Source: an uncultured Chloroflexia bacterium (GTDB lineage Bacteria; Chloroflexota; Limnocylindria; Limnocylindrales; CSP1-4). From it: 64,000 nt of DNA. The notes beneath the pieces were generated by a model. The model was given only the letters and a program-made list of their open reading frames with translations. It searched no databases and had not been told where the DNA came from. Position 1 is the stretch's first letter. Every line of letters starts with the position of its first letter. The position numbers and the translations under genes are program-made. Where the stretch lies: assembly GCA_963754485.1 (NCBI GenBank), contig CAVWFY010000011.1, positions 156,833 through 220,832 of the forward strand, given 5' to 3'. Positions 59,848 through 64,000 of the stretch are shown piece after piece.

Positions 59848-60714
59848 ATGCTCTCGGAGACCCTGCAGGTCATCACCCAGGTCGCGATGCTCGTGTTCGT
59901 GGTCGGCAGCATGGCCGCCATGGGCCTGGGCCTGACCGTCGCGCGGATCGCCCAGCCGCTGCGCGACGTTCGGCTGGTGGTGGCGCTGCTCGTCGTCAAC
60001 TTCGTCGTCGTCCCCGCGGCTGCCATCGCGGCGGCGCGGCTGCTGCCGATGGAGCCTGCCGCGGCGACCGCCGTCGTGCTGATCGGATGCGTGGGTGGCG
60101 CGCCGTTCCTGCCCAAGCTCGCCAAGCTGGCCAAGTCGAACCTGGCCCTCGCGGTCGGGGCGATGGTCCTCCTCATGGTCGTCACGATCGGGTACGCGCC
60201 GATCGTGGTGCCGCTGGCGGTCGAGGGCGCGACGGTGGACCCGCTCGCGATCGCGCAGTCGCTCGTCCTGTTCATGCTCATCCCGCTCGGCCTCGGGCTC
60301 CTCGTGCGCGCCCGCTACCCGGAGCTGGCCGACGACTGGGTCGGCCGGGCCGGCCACGCGTCCACCATGGGACTGCTCCTCGGGATCGGGAGCGCGCTCC
60401 TGCTGACCTGGCGCGAGGTGATCGGCTCGATCGGGACGTACATCTTCGTGGGCCTCGCGATCATCCTCGTGGTCGGGCTGCTTGCCGGCTGGCTGGCCGG
60501 CATGGGACGCCCATCGGGCGAGCGCACGCTGATGGGGCTCGCGACCGCGAACCGCAACATCGCGGCGGCGCTCGTCATCGCCACGTCGATCGGCGGCGAC
60601 ACCATCGTGTACACGCTCGTCGGAGCGCTGACGATCCCCGTCGTGCTGATCGTGCTCGCCGGCCAGATCGGCCGCCGCTCCGTCGCGACCGAACCGCTCC
60701 CGAGTACCGCGTAG
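59848..60714 (+). CDS. Bile acid:sodium symporter (BASS) / ACR3-like family transporter
   Basis: About nine TM helices with BASS-like sequence; ATG at 59848. Confidence 0.65.
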   Translation: MLSETLQVITQVAMLVFVVGSMAAMGLGLTVARIAQPLRDVRLVVALLVVNFVVVPAAAIAAARLLPMEPAAATAVVLIGCVGGAPFLPKLAKLAKSNLALAVGAMVLLMVVTIGYAPIVVPLAVEGATVDPLAIAQSLVLFMLIPLGLGLLVRARYPELADDWVGRAGHASTMGLLLGIGSALLLTWREVIGSIGTYIFVGLAIILVVGLLAGWLAGMGRPSGERTLMGLATANRNIAAALVIATSIGGDTIVYTLVGALTIPVVLIVLAGQIGRRSVATEPLPSTA

Positions 60715-60909
60715 CGGGCGGGCAATCGACTGCGCCGCATTTCGCACACGAGGGCGAGGTTGGCCGCGCAGTGGCGATTTCGCGCTCAGATGACGGCGGC
60801 ACGAAGACATGATCGGCACGAATCCGGGCCGTATCGGGCAGCCTCTGCGCACGGCATCAGCGTATCGTTGGACCCGCATCACCACAGCGCCAGAGGGGCG
60901 AGGTCGACA

Positions 60910-61593
60910 ATGCGATCGGCTGTGCTCGCACGTGTCTGCGGCCTTGCCGCCGTCTCCTGCTTCCTGATTGCAGCCTGCAGTGCGGCTGAGCCCTCGCCGG
61001 TGCCGGCCCTCACGCCCGCGCCTGCCCCCGATGGCTGGACGTTCCAGAGCTGGACCGACCCCTCGCTGGAGGTGGCCGTCCCGTCGACGTGGACCAACAA
61101 CGGGGCGATTGATCCAGGGGCTGTGACCTCCCCCGACCCGTCACTGGGGCCGAAGCAGGCCGCGATGACCGCGGCCATCAACGCGATCACGGCTCAGGGT
61201 GGCTACCGCACGAATCTCGGCGGGATCATCGAGACGCCGCTTGGTGAGGCAGGCCCCGGGTACGTCGAGGTCCTCGTGGAGCGGGGAGAATGGAAAGACC
61301 TCGACGGATTCGCCGACCACTGGGAGGCGGCGACAGCCCTCGTGACCCGCGAGCGCCTGGAGCCGGTCGTCCTACCTGCCGGACCGGCAGAGGTGTTCGA
61401 GGTCGACGACGTCTTCGAGTCGGGGTATCCGCTGCGGGCGCGCTGGTACTTGTTCGTCCTGCCCGACGGGCGTGGCATGGCGATCTCGTTCGGGACGTAC
61501 GCGGACGAGGAAGCGGGCGATCGACCGGCCACTCTCGAGGCCCTGCGTGCCTTCGCAGAACGGTCGGTCGCCACGCTCCGTCCAGCCCGCTGA
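60910..61593 (+). CDS. Lipoprotein, hypothetical
   Basis: Signal peptide with lipobox FLIAAC. Confidence 0.55.
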   Translation: MRSAVLARVCGLAAVSCFLIAACSAAEPSPVPALTPAPAPDGWTFQSWTDPSLEVAVPSTWTNNGAIDPGAVTSPDPSLGPKQAAMTAAINAITAQGGYRTNLGGIIETPLGEAGPGYVEVLVERGEWKDLDGFADHWEAATALVTRERLEPVVLPAGPAEVFEVDDVFESGYPLRARWYLFVLPDGRGMAISFGTYADEEAGDRPATLEALRAFAERSVATLRPAR

Positions 61594-61657
61594 GCGCGAG
61601 CGCCAGCACCCTCGACCGACATACCCGCGGGACACGGCCGGGCAGCGAGCAACGCCG

Positions 61658-62104
61658 TCAGCCCACCGCCTTCTTCACGAGCGCGGCAATCCGGGCCTCG
61701 TCGGCGCCGGTCAGCTCCGTCAGGGCGAAGGCGGTCGGCCACATCGAGCCATCGTCGAGGTTTGCGTCGGGCTGGAAGCCGAACGTCGCGTAGCGCACCT
61801 TGAACTTCGATGCGGCCTGGAAGAAGCAGATGAGCTTGCCATCCTTGCCGTCCTTGGCGTAGGCGGGCATCCCGTACCAGGTCCTGGGCAAGAGGCCCGG
61901 CGCGCTGGCCATGACGATCGCGTGGACGCGCTCGGCCAGCGAGCGATCAGGCTCCGGCATCTCGGCGATCTTCGCGAGCAGGCCACGCTCGCCATCCGCC
62001 CTTGAGCTGGCGGACTTCGCCTCCCGGGCGCGCTCCTTCATCGCCTCGCGCTCTTCGGCGGTGAAGCCCTCGGGTGCCTTGGCTGCCTTCGTGTCCTTTG
62101 CCAT
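61658..62104 (-). CDS. DUF1801 (YdhG/iron-chaperone-like) domain protein
   Basis: Family-typical [12 protein letters not shown]...ICFFQ motif. Confidence 0.6.
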   Translation of the reverse strand: MAKDTKAAKAPEGFTAEEREAMKERAREAKSASSRADGERGLLAKIAEMPEPDRSLAERVHAIVMASAPGLLPRTWYGMPAYAKDGKDGKLICFFQAASKFKVRYATFGFQPDANLDDGSMWPTAFALTELTGADEARIAALVKKAVG

Positions 62105-62223
62105 GGGTTCCTCCTCTGCAGGTACCGGGCGGGGCAACCCGGGTGATCGTAGAGCCCACTCGCTCCCGCGGGCGGCCGGCATCCGTCACGCGACGGGGGC
62201 TACCCCCACCCAGATGACGCCGG

Positions 62224-62559
62224 GTGGCGGGCTGGGCACCATCCGCGGCCGAGCGTATGGTCTCGATGACGGGCAACACGCCCTCGGAAGCAGAACAACG
62301 GGAGGTCGACGCGGCGATGGACACAGTAGCTGGTGCTGATGCACCCGAGGATCGAATGGCCCGGTGGAAGGCTCGGGGACCAGGCCAGGGCGGGACGCAA
62401 CCCGGGGGAGGTGCGGTCTACGGGCTCGGGATGATCGGGGCGGTGGCCTACTTCTTCGGGTCCGCCGAGTCCGGCCGGGACTACGTCCTTGCCGCCCCCA
62501 AGGCTGTCTTCTGGCCGGCTCTCCTCGTGTACAAGCTGCTCAAGTACCTCTCCGCATAG
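62224..62559 (+). CDS. Small hypothetical protein with C-terminal TM helix
   Basis: ORF only; hydrophobic C-terminus GAVYGLGMIGAVAYFFGSA; the start is uncertain. Confidence 0.3.
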   Translation: MAGWAPSAAERMVSMTGNTPSEAEQREVDAAMDTVAGADAPEDRMARWKARGPGQGGTQPGGGAVYGLGMIGAVAYFFGSAESGRDYVLAAPKAVFWPALLVYKLLKYLSA

Positions 62560-62662
62560 CGACGCCGGCCGCCGCCGCGCAGAACCTGCACGACTGCTCC
62601 GGTCGCGGGGCTGTCGTCCGCTGTCTCAGGCGACGGCGATCGGCCGCTCGATGGCGAGGTCG

Positions 62663-63436
62663 CTACGGGTTGGGCCGCCTGCGCCAGCGCTCCCGGGTCA
62701 GGCCGCGCACCCGCGGCGCCTCGCCATCTTTCGGGCCGACCGTCCCGGTCATGAGGTCGCGGTACCACGGCCGCCAGGAACCGGTCCGCCGCTCGAACTC
62801 GACGTAGGTCTCCGTCCGGTCGGGGGCGTCGGCCCGCGTGGTCCGGCGGTCCGCCACGTCGTGGAGCCCCGGCAGGTCGTCCTCGCCGATCCCGAGCCGG
62901 CGGTAGACGGCCTCGACCTGGTGGAGCCACTCGTGGACGAAGCCGTGCTCCGGGTCGACCATCGACGGCCAGCGCGGCCAGTCGCCGCTCGCGATCGAGG
63001 AGATGCCGGTCCCGCCGAGGAAGCCGACCTCACCCCAGGTGTAGCCCCAGGCGGGTGCCAGCTCGGGTGTCCCGTCGGCCGGGTACAGCACGATGGCCGA
63101 GTCCCAGCCGCCGGCGGTCCCGAGGTGCGGCTCGAGCAGCGGGGCGAGGGCGTCTGGGTCCGCCCACCAGCCGCCGCCCACCCGGGCGAGGCGGCGCAAT
63201 GGACCGTCGGCGACGGCCACGTGCGAGCGCGACACCCGGACGTTGCCCTCGCTCCAGGCCTCGATGGCTGCGGGCACGCGGCTGAGCATCGCCAGGTCGG
63301 CCGCGATCTCGGCTTCGCCCATGGCCCTGCGGCGGCGGCGCAGGCCGGCCCGCGCGTCGAGGGCTGGGACCACGAGGAGGAGCAGCCGCCAGCGTGACGC
63401 GCTGCCGGGGCCTGGCGCCGAGGGCTCGGACGTCAC
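62663..63436 (-). CDS. Hypothetical protein containing an HExxH motif (possible zincin-like metallohydrolase)
   Basis: FVHEWLHQVE; no other recognisable family features. Confidence 0.4.
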   Translation of the reverse strand: MTSEPSAPGPGSASRWRLLLLVVPALDARAGLRRRRRAMGEAEIAADLAMLSRVPAAIEAWSEGNVRVSRSHVAVADGPLRRLARVGGGWWADPDALAPLLEPHLGTAGGWDSAIVLYPADGTPELAPAWGYTWGEVGFLGGTGISSIASGDWPRWPSMVDPEHGFVHEWLHQVEAVYRRLGIGEDDLPGLHDVADRRTTRADAPDRTETYVEFERRTGSWRPWYRDLMTGTVGPKDGEAPRVRGLTRERWRRRPNP

Positions 63437-63437
63437 C

Positions 63438-64000
63438 TCACACGTGGGGCGCGACGCCCTCGGCGAGCTGCCGCATCAGGTCGACCTGCGCGTCGTACTC
63501 GAGGAGCGGGAAGTGGCTGCGCGCGACGAGCTCGACGGGCACCCCCGCCTGCTTGCGGATGTCGAGGAGAGCATCGACGAGCTCGTCCGGGGTCCCGGCG
63601 AACGTCGCCCGGCCCTTCACGAGCGCCTCGACCGGGCGATCGAAGGGCGGCGCGGCCGGCGGCGGGAGCGGGCGGGTCGCCGAGGCCTCCATGTCGGAGT
63701 ACTTCCACTGCATCGCCCACAGCGCGTCGCGGTAGCGGGCGAGCGCCTCCTCGCGCGATGGGCCGGGCAGCAGGATCGAGTAGTGGACGAACCGGAAGGT
63801 CGACGGGTCGCGACCGATGCGCTCGCACTCGTCGAGCACCCAGCCCACCTGTTCGACGAACGCCGCGGCCGGGGCGTTCGCGAAGATCCCGTCGGCGAGG
63901 CGTGCGGCGCGGCGTATCGCGGGCTCGGCGCTGCCGCCGACCAGGACTGGGATCCGCCTGGCGGGCACCGGCCGGACCGCGAGCGTCGGGAGGTCGTAGA
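63438..64000 (-). CDS. LLM-class (luciferase-like) flavin/F420-dependent oxidoreductase, C-terminal part (gene continues past the window end)
   Basis: IPVLVGGSAEPAIRRAARLADG motif typical of the LLM C-terminal half; the reading frame is open through 64000. Confidence 0.7.
   Translation of the reverse strand, partial: YDLPTLAVRPVPARRIPVLVGGSAEPAIRRAARLADGIFANAPAAAFVEQVGWVLDECERIGRDPSTFRFVHYSILLPGPSREEALARYRDALWAMQWKYSDMEASATRPLPPPAAPPFDRPVEALVKGRATFAGTPDELVDALLDIRKQAGVPVELVARSHFPLLEYDAQVDLMRQLAEGVAPHV

Overview
A 64 kb, roughly 70% GC, densely coded chromosomal segment that looks actinobacterial (GTG/TTG starts, mostly TGA stops, frequent 4-nt start/stop overlaps). I support about 60 genes. 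I did not recognise any rRNA, tRNA, CRISPR array, transposase or integrase.

Main themes:
- Phosphate and polyphosphate homeostasis is heavily over-represented: NUDIX, ppk1, a CYTH-CHAD protein, Ppx/GppA, an atypical OmpR-type regulator, pstSCAB-phoU followed by an ArsC/LMW-PTP-like and a SixA-like phosphatase, GDPD, an EEP phosphoesterase, pitA plus a DUF47 protein, a sensor kinase and a separate OmpR response regulator.
- An L-arabinose locus: araD, araA, a CUT2 sugar ABC transporter, a mutarotase, and a divergent LacI regulator with palindromic candidate operators.
- A peptidase trio (S9, C45, S9).
- A Na+-translocating methylmalonyl/oxaloacetate-type decarboxylase operon.
- Housekeeping genes proS, gltX and upp.
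- A candidate organosulfur-scavenging island: FGly-type arylsulfatase, MFS transporter, LAL/LuxR regulator, DszB-like desulfinase homolog, crotonase, rhodanese and a BASS transporter.

Most notable observations:
- Five genes (ppx region, GDPD, proS, and rhodanese twice) are each interrupted by a single-base insertion; the four I could localise sit in a G/C dinucleotide context. Every affected gene span is 3n+1 or 3n+2 long. This is most likely a systematic sequencing or assembly artifact, not pseudogenisation.
- Correcting that indel predicts a lysine-rich (histone-H1-like) N-terminal domain joined by an (EP)n linker to Ppx/GppA.
- An ATP-dependent-ligase-like nucleotidyltransferase domain lacks the motif I lysine.
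- Two orphan J-domain proteins, one apparently co-operonic with an orphan sensor kinase.
- A pseudo-receiver OmpR regulator sits next to the pst operon.
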